In this document: piece after piece, positions 1-11,683 of the stretch | Layout of the letters: each line of letters begins with the position of its first letter | Position numbering within the stretch: position 1 is the stretch's first letter | DNA from: Calditrichia bacterium | Lineage (GTDB): Bacteria; Calditrichota; Calditrichia; JAJRVZ01 | Assembly: GCA_963777955.1 (NCBI GenBank) | Contig: CAVZSQ010000022.1 | Location: 480,001 to 544,000, forward strand | DNA: 64,000 nt | Direction: 5' to 3' | The notes under the pieces: model-generated | Databases searched by the model: none | What the model saw: only the letters and a program-made list of their open reading frames with translations | Told to the model about the DNA's origin: nothing | Position numbers and translations under genes: made by a program

Positions 1-147
1 ATCAATTCAAACAGAACACAGCTACCAGTTAAGGTGAAACAAAACCGGCTGCGGTTCGTAGCAGGTGTAAGGAATAAATACGCCATATATTAAGGTTCAC
101 ATATCAGGATACACCGGTTTGAGTTATCAGATTATTTTTATCAATAA

Positions 148-1098
148 ATGCGGGATATGACTCAGGATTTAACTTATACTGAACAGGAAAGACGATTTCC
201 ACGACCGACGGATCTGATAACTATCGGCTATCAGTTGATCGTGCTGTTTATAATTTTGCTGAATTTCCGGGCGATTCATAACGTATTTTATTTTGTTTTA
301 TTTCATATCATGGTCGTCATTTTTTTATACTGGTTAGCCTTCACTGATGATTCCCCGTTTTTTAAATGGCTTAAAAACTGGAATATTATTCTGATCGTTC
401 CGATGAATTATAGCGAATTACATTATCTGGTGCATAATGTTCATCCCAGGGATTTTGATAACCTGCTGATGCAGATTGACTACCGGTTTTTCGGTTTGCA
501 TCCTACAGTCTGGATGGAGTCATGGATCAATCCCTGGTTAACTGAATATTTACAGATTGTCTATGCCAGTTTTTATTTTTTACCGATTGTGCTGGCGGTA
601 TATTTACTAAGGAAAAACCGACAGTCTGATTTTAACTACTTTGTCTATGTTATCGTTCTGGGATATTACGCCTCCTACCTGGGTTATTTTACGGTACCGG
701 CCTTAGGTCCGCGTTTTACCCTGGATCATTTACAAAATGTTCCTCTCAGTGGCATATGGATGGCGGAAATTCTGCGGGATACTCTGAATAAACTCGAATC
801 CATTCAGCGTGATGCTTTTCCCAGTGGTCATACGGTGATTACCTTACTCACCATGTGGTATGCCAGGAAATATTCTAAAACATATTTTTGGATTTTGATG
901 GTTATCGGGACCAGTCTGGTTTTTTCCACGGTATATCTGCGCTATCATTATGTTGTTGATGTACTGGCAGGATTTGTACTGACGGGACTGGTTCTGGCTG
1001 TTGCCCCGTTATTGTACAGAAAATTGCAGGAGTTGCCCCTCATCTTCGCAAAAACAATGATTTATTTCAGGACTTCCACGGAAGATGAACAAGCATAA
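148..1098 (+). CDS. PAP2-superfamily membrane phosphatase/phosphotransferase (PAP2_3 / Aur1-like)
   Basis: Multi-TM ORF with PALGPR, DAFPSGH and RYHYVVDV motifs typical of PAP2 enzymes. Confidence 0.85.
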   Translation: MRDMTQDLTYTEQERRFPRPTDLITIGYQLIVLFIILLNFRAIHNVFYFVLFHIMVVIFLYWLAFTDDSPFFKWLKNWNIILIVPMNYSELHYLVHNVHPRDFDNLLMQIDYRFFGLHPTVWMESWINPWLTEYLQIVYASFYFLPIVLAVYLLRKNRQSDFNYFVYVIVLGYYASYLGYFTVPALGPRFTLDHLQNVPLSGIWMAEILRDTLNKLESIQRDAFPSGHTVITLLTMWYARKYSKTYFWILMVIGTSLVFSTVYLRYHYVVDVLAGFVLTGLVLAVAPLLYRKLQELPLIFAKTMIYFRTSTEDEQA

Positions 1099-1279
1099 TT
1101 AATCCAATTGTATTTTATCTCTACCTATTTCAATTAATTTCCCTATAATTCCGAATTATTAAAAAAAAATAAACAATTTTCTTAAAACTAAGAAGGTTGT
1201 ATCCGGCGCACATTTGAGCAAGTTAAGTAATATTAACAGGTTAAAGATGGTGATCAAACATTAAAAAACCAATTTATAA

Positions 1280-1295
1280 TGGCATTTTAATTGCA
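1280..1295 (+). promoter_or_regulatory. Sigma-54 (-24/-12) promoter
   Basis: TGGCAT-TTTAA-TTGCA matches TGGCAC-N5-TTGCW with exact GG-N10-GC spacing, ~50 bp upstream of the HTH gene. Confidence 0.65.
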
Positions 1296-1343
1296 GGATG
1301 AGAGAATACTTAACCATATTATGATTAACTGGGACAATCTGAA

Positions 1344-1535
1344 GTGGAAGAGAAAAAATACAAATTAATGACCCTCAAGGAGGCTGCTGAGTATCTGCGC
1401 ATGCATAAGGGCAGTCTGTACCGTCTTTTAGAAAGCGGTAAAACCGATATCCCGGCCATGAAATTAGGGGGTAAATGGTTGTTTAACCTGGAAAGTTTAA
1501 ACAAATATTTACTGGAAAAAGAAGCGCACCATTAA
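1344..1535 (+). CDS. Small excisionase-like helix-turn-helix (HTH_17) DNA-binding protein
   Basis: LMTLKEAAEYLRMHKGSLYRL...IPAMKLGGKWLF pattern. Confidence 0.85.
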   Translation: MEEKKYKLMTLKEAAEYLRMHKGSLYRLLESGKTDIPAMKLGGKWLFNLESLNKYLLEKEAHH

Positions 1536-1647
1536 AAATTCTGCTAATGGCAGGCCGATACTAATCAGAACAATAAGTTTATCTTGTTAATCTTTCCGAA
1601 TATCGATAATTTTACATTCATCGCAGACTTATAAGGTTAAAGTACTC

Positions 1648-2263
1648 TTGCAGATTTTTGCCCAAAGTATCGGTAAATATTTCGGTGAAAAAAGAATCTT
1701 TCAGTATATCAGTTTTGAACTGAATGACGGCGAATCACTGGCGGTCATTGGACCGAATGGCTCCGGTAAAACCACGTTCATCCGTATTCTGTGCGGATTA
1801 ATCCGGCCCAGCGAAGGGATACTGTACTACAGCAATAATGATAAAAAAATCGGCTGGCCGGACCTGTATCACCAGATTGGGCTGGTCGGACCATATCTGG
1901 AGTTGTACGAAGAGTTGACCGCCCGGGAAAATCTTACCTTTTTTGCCAAAATCAGGAATCTGCAGAAATGTGACAAATGGATCGATGAACTGATGTCCCG
2001 TTTCTTATTGCAGGGCAGGGAAGACGATCTGGTCAAGGAATATTCCTCGGGAATGTTACAACGCCTCAAATATGTATTTGCCCTGATGGGCAAACCAAAA
2101 ATATTGTTCCTGGACGAACCCACTTCCAACCTGGACCAGCAGGGGAGTCGACATAGTTTACGAAATCATGCTGCAGCAGAAACGGGATGGGCTGCTGGTC
2201 ATCGCCACCAACGATCCGATGGATTTGAAATATGGGGACTCTCTGATTGAGATTAATGCTTAG
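1648..2263 (+). CDS. ccmA: Heme exporter ATP-binding subunit CcmA (one frameshift near 2145)
   Basis: Walker A GPNGSGKT, signature YSSGM, LFLDEP; C-terminus continues in another frame after a G run to TAG at 2261-2263; upstream of ccmBC. Confidence 0.85.
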
Positions 2264-2916
2264 ATCGTGGTACGTCTTCGAGAAAGATCTGCGGCAGGAG
2301 TTCAAATCCCGCTATTCGCTTAATGCCATATTATTATTTTCCATCGTGACTCTGGTGGCCGTATCATTTTCAATCGGCACTTTTTCCGCTTCCGCTGAAA
2401 TAAAATCCGCTCTGTTGTGGATCATCCTGTTTTTTTCGGCCATGTCGGGTCTGGCCCATGTTTTTGTGCGCGAGGAGGAGAAGCATACAGCCGATACCCT
2501 CAGGCTGGTTACCGATCCGACCAGTATATTTTTGGGGAAATTTTTCTTTAACCTTTTTCTGCTTCTATTCCTGGAATTGATAGTGGTGCCGCTTTTTTTT
2601 ATGTGGATGGATTTTAAAGTCAGTCATACCGGAATTTTTCTGAGTGTGCTGTTGCTGGGCAGTACAGGTTTAGCGGCCGGGGCCACTATTATTGCGGCCA
2701 TCGTGGCCAAAGCCAGCGCCAAAGGGGCTTTATTCACCGTGCTCTCATTTCCGATTTTGCTGCCGGTACTTGATTTCCGGAATAAGCGGAACCAAAATCG
2801 CCGTTACAAGTGATACATTCCAGGCGGCCGGCAGCGAAGTACAGATGCTGTTTGCCTTTTCGGTCGTAATTATCACCGCGGCACTGTTGCTGTTTGATTT
2901 TATCTGGAATGAATGA
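2256..2916 (+). CDS. ccmB: Heme exporter permease CcmB (one frameshift near 2772)
   Basis: KDLRQEFKSRY, FVREEE and LFTVLSFPILLP motifs; last TM helix is in the 2692..2916 frame. Confidence 0.85.
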
Positions 2917-2960
2917 CAAATAACCTGATTTAATGACTATAAAATTCAACGGCTAAAGAA

Positions 2961-3620
2961 ATGATACTATTTTTTCAAATTACACTGTATATCTGGATGA
3001 CCCTGGTTATCATAGCGGCGTTTTTATGGGCGCCATTAGCCAGCGGCTTAGGTGAATACACCCGAATCTTTTATTTCCACGTGCCGGTAGCCTGGCTGGC
3101 AGTATTGTCATTCCTGATCAGCGCAGTACACAGTTTACGCTATATACGTTCACGGCAGATTAAAGCGGATCTGGTCGCCGAAGCGGCAAACCGCCTGGGA
3201 TTAATCTTTGCCTTTCTGGCTACGGTCAGCGGCTCAATCTGGGCCAAGGTCAGCTGGGGAGCTTTCTGGAACTGGGATCCGCGGGAAACCTCGATCTTCA
3301 TATTGTTATTGATTTATGCTGCCTATTTTGCTTTGCGTTCTGCTATCGATCAACCTGAGCGAAAAGCCATGCTTTCTTCCGTATACTCCATACTGGCTTT
3401 TGTCACCGTTCCGTTTTTTGTGTTTATCATTCCGCGTATTTATTCATCGTTGCATCCGGATCCGCTGATAAATCCGCAGGGTAAGATTCATCTGGAAGTC
3501 CGGATGCTGATTACCTTTATAGCTTCGCTGGCAGGATTTACTGCGTTATATTTCTGGATCCTGGTCAGAAATATAAATTTAATTGAATTGAAACTGAATT
3601 TAAGGAAAACGGAGAAATAG
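2961..3620 (+). CDS. ccmC: Cytochrome c biogenesis protein CcmC
   Basis: YFHVP and the WWD motif GSIWAKVSWGAFWNWDPRET, SLHP. Confidence 0.93.
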   Translation: MILFFQITLYIWMTLVIIAAFLWAPLASGLGEYTRIFYFHVPVAWLAVLSFLISAVHSLRYIRSRQIKADLVAEAANRLGLIFAFLATVSGSIWAKVSWGAFWNWDPRETSIFILLLIYAAYFALRSAIDQPERKAMLSSVYSILAFVTVPFFVFIIPRIYSSLHPDPLINPQGKIHLEVRMLITFIASLAGFTALYFWILVRNINLIELKLNLRKTEK

Positions 3621-3764
3621 ATGGCGCCGCTTTATATTGTTTTAGTCGTTATTGTATTTATCTGGAGTGGCATATTCGGATATATGCTGCATCTGGATAA
3701 GCAGATCCGTGGTTTGCGCGAAAATCAAAAAAAAATAGCACAGGCAGGAGTAAAATTAAAATAA
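3621..3764 (+). CDS. ccmD: CcmD-like small membrane protein (47 aa, not in the ORF track)
   Basis: MAPLYIVLVVIVFIWSGIFGYMLHLDKQIRGLRENQKK..., one TM helix plus charged tail, between ccmC and ccmE. Confidence 0.75.
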   Translation: MAPLYIVLVVIVFIWSGIFGYMLHLDKQIRGLRENQKKIAQAGVKLK

Positions 3765-3807
3765 ATCTTGTTTTACCTGCCGGTGATAATATTTGCAGGA
3801 CTTACTT

Positions 3808-4179
3808 ATGAAAGCAAAATATATAATCGGAATACTGGTAATCGTAGTCTTTATTATCTGGACCAGTATCTCTTTTCAGAAAACTTTGACCCCCTATGTT
3901 TCCATCGCCCAGGCCAAAAAAGTGGAAAACGTGGTCCAGGTAAAAGGAAAACGTCTTGACAGCGGTACGTTTAATATCGAACAGAATCAATTCATCTTCA
4001 ACCTGGTTGATGATGCCGGAGAAAAAATTGAAGTTGTCTATAACGGTGCCAAACCGGGTAATTTTGACCAGGCTACAGATGTGGTTTGTGTCGGTCAGTA
4101 CCTCAACGGCCGGTTCCAGGCCAAAGAATTACTGGTCAAATGTCCTTCCAAGTATATAGAGCAGGAAAATAAAACCTGA
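3808..4179 (+). CDS. ccmE: Heme chaperone CcmE, CxxxY variant
   Basis: N-terminal TM, VVYNGAKPGNF, LLVKCPSKY motif. Confidence 0.9.
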   Translation: MKAKYIIGILVIVVFIIWTSISFQKTLTPYVSIAQAKKVENVVQVKGKRLDSGTFNIEQNQFIFNLVDDAGEKIEVVYNGAKPGNFDQATDVVCVGQYLNGRFQAKELLVKCPSKYIEQENKT

Positions 4180-4182
4180 TTT

Positions 4183-4548
4183 TTATTTCGGTTTTTGTTG
4201 GGCTTCAGTGGCAGGTTGAGTCATTCTTGTCGTTCTTAATTTATCAATCCGATCCCGGGTTTTAGCCAGCAGGTCAATCCACTTTTCCGGTTGGGAGTTA
4301 TAATACTCGATAGTTTGATCGATAGCGGTTTTGGTCACCTTAAATTGCTGCAGTAATTCCTGGCGCAGTTTTTCCTTGTGTTCAGGGGTTAATTCCATTT
4401 CATCGATTATCAGCAATCGCGCGAATATTTCAATAAATTGTTTTTGGCCGATTATCCGCGGGTGCTCCGATTTGCAGGATTGGGCAGACCAGCTGAAAAA
4501 AAATAAAAACAGTAATAAAACGGGGAACGATTTTGCTTTTAATTTCAT
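4183..4548 (-). CDS. Putative lipoprotein, DUF4296-like
   Basis: Signal peptide with SC, helical domain ending TIEYYNSQPEKWIDLL. Confidence 0.6.
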   Translation of the reverse strand: MKLKAKSFPVLLLFLFFFSWSAQSCKSEHPRIIGQKQFIEIFARLLIIDEMELTPEHKEKLRQELLQQFKVTKTAIDQTIEYYNSQPEKWIDLLAKTRDRIDKLRTTRMTQPATEAQQKPK

Positions 4549-4707
4549 AAAATATATTAAATAGATTTACTGAAAAAAACGTTATTATATATGTAACTTG
4601 GTACTAAAAATTGCTGTAAGTTAATTATTGATCAGGAAAATAGAAAGATAAAATTATTCATTACCGGATTGAACAACGGGTAAATCAAATTTTTATCGAG
4701 GAATGAC

Positions 4708-7700
4708 ATGAAAGTAAATATATTTTGTTCAGCTGTGCTGTCAACCGTGTTGATGGTTTCCATAGCCGCTGCTCAATATTTTGGCCAGAACAAAGTACAA
4801 TACACCGAATTTGATTGGCGCTATCTGCAGTCAGAACATTTTGATGTCTATTTTTATGAAGGGGGTTATGATCTGGCCCGCTTTACCGCCGAGGAGGCTG
4901 AATCAGCCTATGTCAAAATTAAGAATGATTTGAAATATGATATTATGGATCGTATTGCCCTCGTTGTTTACAAGTCGCATAATCATTTTCAGCAGACTAA
5001 TGTCGTTTATGAGTACATGGAAGAGGGCATCGGCGGGGTCACCGAATTATATAAAAACCGGGCTGTAATTCCTTATGAAGGATCATATAGCCAGTTCCGT
5101 CATGTGATCCATCATGAACTGGTTCATGCCGTGATGAACGATATGCTTTACGGCGGATCGGTACAATCGCTGGTAACCGGCCAGGTTACGCAGGTGCCGT
5201 TATGGTTCTCCGAGGGCTTAGCCGAATATGCTGCGCTGCATTGGGACACCCGCCTGGATATGGTGGTGCGGGATGCTACATTGACCGGTTACTTGCCACC
5301 GATCGATTTTTTGGATTATATGCCTTATCAGGGCGGCGCCAGTGTTTTCAGGTACATCGCCCAGAAGTATGGTCATGAAAAAATCGCTGAAATTATCAAT
5401 AAAGTCAAGGGCAGTTTCCGTTTCCAAAATGCTTTTCAGTCGGCCCTGGGCATTGATTTTAAAGACCTGACCGAGCAGTGGCAATTGGAGATGAAACGGG
5501 AATACTGGCCGGATATTGCCGATCGTAAAGAGCCGGGAGAAATAGCCCGGGCTTTGACCGATCATCGCAAGGAAAAGAGTTATCTGAATAACAGTCCGGC
5601 AATCTCGCCGCAGGGTGATCGCATGGTTTTTCTCTCCAACCGCAATGGTAAAATGTCTATCTACCTGATGGATGTGCTGGAAGGAAAAGTCAGCAGAAAA
5701 TTAATCCAGGGTGAAACCGATGTAGATTTTGAAGAATTGCATTTTTTAGAACCGGGATTCAGCTGGTCTCCGGATGGCCGCAAAATAACCCTGGCAGCCA
5801 AAGCAGGTGATGCCGATGCGCTGTATATATATCATCTGGACAGTAAAAAATATGAACAATATAAATTCGGCCTGGATGGGATTTTTTCGACATCCTGGTC
5901 TCCCCGCGGCGACGAAATCGCCTTCATCGGGGTTAAGGATGGGGCCAGTGATGTGTATTTGTTTTCCCTGGTTACCAAAAAAATAACCAATGTGACCGAT
6001 GATGTTTTTTCTGACGGGGATCCCTCCTGGTCGCCTGATGGCCAGCAGATTGTTTTTACTTCGGATCGCGGTGAGTATCCACTGGGAAAATTTTCACCGG
6101 CAGCGTTTGACATTCATCGACATGATTATGAAAATAATGATATATACATCATGAATCGCGATGGCTCCGGTTTGAAGCGTATTACCAGTGCCGTCACGAT
6201 GGATGGCGGGGCAATTTTTGCTCCAGATGGCAAGCGCTTAGCTTACGTATCCGAGCAGAATGGAATTTCCAATATTTATCTGTATAATCTGGAAACCGGT
6301 GAAAGTTATCCGGTCACCAATCTGATCAGCGGAGCTTTTCAATTGTCCTGGGACCGGCAGGCCCAAAAGTTGGTTTTCACTTCTTTCTATAAAGGGGGCT
6401 GGGATATTTTCCTGATTAAAAATCCGCTGGAATTGACATCAGTTAATGTCTCGCCGACCATATTTTTTAAACGGCAAAGTCAGCCAGGCGGGAGTGACAC
6501 CTTGCTGGTCAGCGAGAGCCGCAGGGATACTTCCGAAGTAATTAACAAGGCGGATGAAGCGCCCGCGGTGCTGGATTACAGCAGGTATGTTTTTGCCGAT
6601 ATGGACCGCAGGGCGCCGGTTGAGCATAACAGGGTTACTTTGCAGGAGGATGAATATAAATCGCAGGATGGTGAATACAAGGTTAACAAATATAAAATCA
6701 AATTTACCCCGGACATTATTTATGGAGCCGCGGGGTACAGCACCTTTTTCGGATTCGAGGGTTATACTCAAATTGCTTTAAGTGATATGCTGGGCAATCA
6801 TAAAATATATATTGGAACCAATCTGGTTTTTGATCTGCGTAATTCCAGTCTGAGTTTAACCTATTTATATTTACCGCACCGTATTGATTATGGCATCGGG
6901 ATCTTTCATATCTCCAATCTGTTCAGTTCATATTATTATGGTTTAATGCGTTTCCGGAATTATGGTTTTGATTTTCTGGTCTCACGGCCGTTCAATAAAT
7001 TTACCCGCATCGATTTTGATCTGGCCTGGTTTAATGTAATCAGGGAATATTATCAATTGCCTGTACCGATGGAGGAGGTGCATACCATTTTACCTTCGCT
7101 GTCGCTGGTGACCGATAAGGTTGAATGGGGTATGACCGGGCCGGAAAACGGGGTACGCTATTCATTAACCGGGCGTATCAGCCCTAAATATCTTAAGAAA
7201 GGGATGGATTTCCGCACAGTCACTGCCGATTACCGGCGTTATTTCAGGCTAGCCAGGAATTACAGTCTGGCCTTCCGTCTGAACGGCGGGGTCAGTGCCG
7301 GCAGCAATCCCCAGCAATTTTTCCTGGGGGGAGTTTCCAACTGGATAAATTATACTTACCGGGGTGGAATCCGTGTGGATAATATCGGGGATATTTATTT
7401 TTCGGAATTTGTTGTACCGTTGCGCGGGGCGGCTTATTACGAGCAGGTTGGCAATAAATTCGGTCTGTTTAATTTTGAATTCCGTTTTCCGCTGATACCG
7501 TTTATTCAACTCGGTTTTCCGCCTATAGCGCTGGGGGACATACAGGGGGTATTTTTTACAGATATAGGCAGTGCCTGGTTTGATACGGGTCGTTGGCAGG
7601 GAGTCCGGGTCACGGATGGCGGGGCGGCCCGTTTACACGATTTGACCGCGGGCATCGGGTACGGCACCCGGATATTCTTTCTTGGTTTCTTATTGAGATT

Positions 7701-7776
7701 AGATATAGCCTGGCAGTACGACGGTGTGCACACCAGTACGCCGTTATATTACTGGTCGCTGGGAGCAGATTTTTAG
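4708..7776 (+). CDS. Outer-membrane Omp85/BamA-like protein with N-terminal peptidase MA-like domain and PD40 (TolB-like) propeller
   Basis: Signal peptide; HHELVH plus PLWFSEGLAEY zincin motifs; repeated WSPDG; C-terminal barrel with PLRG motif and terminal Phe (SLGADF). Confidence 0.85.
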   Translation: MKVNIFCSAVLSTVLMVSIAAAQYFGQNKVQYTEFDWRYLQSEHFDVYFYEGGYDLARFTAEEAESAYVKIKNDLKYDIMDRIALVVYKSHNHFQQTNVVYEYMEEGIGGVTELYKNRAVIPYEGSYSQFRHVIHHELVHAVMNDMLYGGSVQSLVTGQVTQVPLWFSEGLAEYAALHWDTRLDMVVRDATLTGYLPPIDFLDYMPYQGGASVFRYIAQKYGHEKIAEIINKVKGSFRFQNAFQSALGIDFKDLTEQWQLEMKREYWPDIADRKEPGEIARALTDHRKEKSYLNNSPAISPQGDRMVFLSNRNGKMSIYLMDVLEGKVSRKLIQGETDVDFEELHFLEPGFSWSPDGRKITLAAKAGDADALYIYHLDSKKYEQYKFGLDGIFSTSWSPRGDEIAFIGVKDGASDVYLFSLVTKKITNVTDDVFSDGDPSWSPDGQQIVFTSDRGEYPLGKFSPAAFDIHRHDYENNDIYIMNRDGSGLKRITSAVTMDGGAIFAPDGKRLAYVSEQNGISNIYLYNLETGESYPVTNLISGAFQLSWDRQAQKLVFTSFYKGGWDIFLIKNPLELTSVNVSPTIFFKRQSQPGGSDTLLVSESRRDTSEVINKADEAPAVLDYSRYVFADMDRRAPVEHNRVTLQEDEYKSQDGEYKVNKYKIKFTPDIIYGAAGYSTFFGFEGYTQIALSDMLGNHKIYIGTNLVFDLRNSSLSLTYLYLPHRIDYGIGIFHISNLFSSYYYGLMRFRNYGFDFLVSRPFNKFTRIDFDLAWFNVIREYYQLPVPMEEVHTILPSLSLVTDKVEWGMTGPENGVRYSLTGRISPKYLKKGMDFRTVTADYRRYFRLARNYSLAFRLNGGVSAGSNPQQFFLGGVSNWINYTYRGGIRVDNIGDIYFSEFVVPLRGAAYYEQVGNKFGLFNFEFRFPLIPFIQLGFPPIALGDIQGVFFTDIGSAWFDTGRWQGVRVTDGGAARLHDLTAGIGYGTRIFFLGFLLRLDIAWQYDGVHTSTPLYYWSLGADF

Positions 7777-7808
7777 TCAATTATTTGCCATAATTGTCGA
7801 TCAATATA

Positions 7809-7913
7809 TTGACACGATTATGATTTGTTTCTAAATTATCGGGCTATTTTTAGATAACTCTGCAGTTTGCAATTTCAGACAGATTTTACAAAAAAATAGA
7901 TTTGTTCTTTGAC
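7809..7913 (+). promoter_or_regulatory. rRNA promoter and boxA antiterminator (16S copy 1)
   Basis: TTGACA(7809)-N17-TAAATT(7832); TGTTCTTTGAC boxA at 7903-7913. Confidence 0.75.
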
Positions 7914-7958
7914 AGCAGGGGCCCTTGAGCGAGGTCGATTAGTAAGTATTGAGATAAT

Positions 7959-9526
<1,568 letters not shown>

Positions 9527-9571
9527 ACTACATTCATACCTTGTTCAGTACCCCTGCTGTTTTTTATTCTG

Positions 9572-9645
9572 TACCTTTTTCCTTTAACCTTTGGCCTTTA
9601 ATTACATAGGCCAAAGGCTAAAGGATAAAGGGTAAGAGGTAAAGG
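9572..9645. repeat. Heptamer tandem repeats forming an inverted-repeat hairpin in the spacer
   Basis: TACCTTT TTCCTTT AACCTTT GGCCTTT ... CCAAAGG CTAAAGG ATAAAGG GTAAGAG GTAAAGG. Confidence 0.7.
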
Positions 9646-9719
<74 letters not shown>

Positions 9720-9735
9720 CCCGGAGTTTTGTCAC

Positions 9736-9808
9736 GGGGCTATAGCTCAACTGGGAGAGCGCCTGCCTTGCACGCAGGAGGTTTGCGGTTCGAGCCCGCA
9801 TAACTCCA
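9736..9808 (+). tRNA. tRNA-Ala (TGC)
   Basis: GGGGCTATAGCTCA...CCTGC CT TGC AC GCAGG...TAACTCCA; G3:U70 present, C5:A68 mismatch. Confidence 0.93.
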
Positions 9809-9858
9809 CAATTACACCTCTTTTAATCTAAGTGTGGCCATACCGGCCAACCATCATG

Positions 9859-9931
9859 GTCATTCCGAATCCCGTTCGATAGACCTGCCGCCAGGCAGGC
9901 GGCGGCACCTACCGGACGAGGTGAGGAATCT
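9859..9931. repeat. REP-like palindrome with nested inner module
   Basis: GTCATTCCGAATC ... GGTGAGGAATCT arm shared with 14150-14275 and 34127-34265; inner CCTGCCGCCAGGCAGG at 9884-9899. Confidence 0.75.
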
Positions 9932-10025
9932 TTCCTCTGATTAAAATATAACCTGCTCTATTTTACGTACCGGCTAAATATCCGGCCCGATCAGTGGATG
10001 AGATAATTGCGATTGCGGATCAGTG

Positions 10026-10084
10026 ACCCTCCCCAGTCCCCTCCCTTTTGGTCTGTTGACCAAAAGGGAGGGGCAGGGGTGGGT
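10026..10084. repeat. GC-rich long inverted repeat, probable terminator of the GH43 gene
   Basis: ACCCTCCCCAGTCCCCTCCCTTTTGGTC...GACCAAAAGGGAGGGGCAGGGGTGGGT immediately after the GH43 stop. Confidence 0.65.
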
Positions 10085-11665
10085 TATTCCATCTTAAACC
10101 AATCAAACTCCGCATACCCTGGCTAATAGTCATATTCGGATTAATGCAGAACAAACCCACCTTGGCCCCGATCCACATACCCTTTTGGGCTTTAAAATAA
10201 TTTCCGAGTTGTTTAAATGATCTACCATCAATACTGTAATGGAAACCGACAGACCGCAGCATTATCCACTTTCACCTGCAGATAACAGAATGTTGCTGAG
10301 AAGGAAATCGCTTCGATCTCCTGCGTTTTATCATACTCCCGGTCATAGGTACCTGTGTACATGCCCAGTTTAAGACCATCATCCGTTTTAGTCATAGCAA
10401 TGAAAGCCCATTCCTGCCCCATGACCACCAACCCGCTCCTCTCACCAACTTGCTGCAGATGAAATGAGATTTTTGTGGTCGCAGTAAAAGACGGCGCAGG
10501 AAACTTTTGCAGCAACAGATTGGGTACAAACCATAAGTTGCCACTCTGCGTGAGATTTTGCACTGCATACAATCTCAACTGGCCTGGATGTTCCGTCACT
10601 GAATACCATTCCCCTCGTGAGTTTGCGTGCCATTGCCACTGCAGTCCCGGTTGACTGGAATTGAAATCATCCGAGGTCTGCGGAATACAGACCGGATAAA
10701 TTTTTCCGACATCAGGTTTTTGCCATTCCGCCACAGGCTCGCCAACACTGTCGGCAGAACTAATCCTACCCATATATGGCCAGCCGTTCTGCCAGGTTAC
10801 CGGCTGCAAATGAACAACACGTCCGTAAGCGTCACGGTCCTGGAAATGCATAAACCACCACTCGCCGGATTTCAATGATACAAGTCCACCCTGATGCGGG
10901 ACCGTTGACGTTGGTGCTGCCCTGATGCAGCACTATTTTCGCTTCATAAGGTCCATAAATATTTTTCGAACGCAGAACGGTCTGCCAGCCGCCGCTGACA
11001 CCCCCGGCCGGGGCTAGGATGTAGTAGTATCCGTCCTTCTTCATAAATTTTGGACCTTCGATGGTCGGCTGGGCCAAGGTGTCCTGGAAAATAATTGTTC
11101 CATTTTCCAGCAATTTTTTACCGTCTGGACTCATGCGGTGCAGATACAGAATGTCGGCCCGCAATTTACCCCGTACCAGATAGGCCTGACCATCGTCATC
11201 CCAGAACGGGCAGGGATCCTCCCATAATTCGACCTCGACAATATGATGCAATTCCCACGGACCGGTGGGATCCTTAGCCTGAGCCAAGAACAGACCATCG
11301 TGCGGGGTACAAAAATAGACGTAAAATATTCCATGATGATAGCGAATCGACGGAGCCCAGGATCCCTGACCATGCGCTGGTTTATCATATTTTTCCAGGG
11401 GCAGTTGCGGATAAACATGCCCGATGATCCGCCAGTTGACCAGATCCTTCGAATGCAAAACGGGAATCCCGGGCATACAGTTAAAACTCGACGCAACCAT
11501 ATAGAAATCGTCGTCCACCCGTATCACATCGGGATCGGAATAGTCGGCAAAAAGGACAGGATTCTTATATCGACCGTTGCCGAGGTCCGGCTGCCAGATC
11601 TGGGCAGCTGTGAGAGAAAAGCAAGCGAGTATAATAAACAGTACAGGAATTTTTCGTTTCTTCAT
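10084..11665 (-). CDS. Glycoside hydrolase family 43 with C-terminal beta-sandwich (about 3 frameshifts)
   Basis: ADYSDPDVIRV, WAPSI, EDP, IEGPK, AYGRVVHLQPVTW, WIGAKVGLF spread over three ORF fragments; final frame ends GYAEFDWFKME-TAA at 10084. Confidence 0.85.
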
Positions 11666-11683
11666 GATGTGCCCTGCATTTTT

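Noticed and set aside
1..86. Possible minus-strand gene start running off the window edge
   Set aside because: Too short to support.
1344..1535. Prophage or ICE suggested by the excisionase-like gene
   Set aside because: No integrase, att site or phage genes nearby.
1648..2916. Programmed frameshifting or pseudogenisation of ccmA and ccmB
   Set aside because: Single-base indels like many others in the window, with no slippery site plus stimulator seen; sequencing error is more parsimonious.
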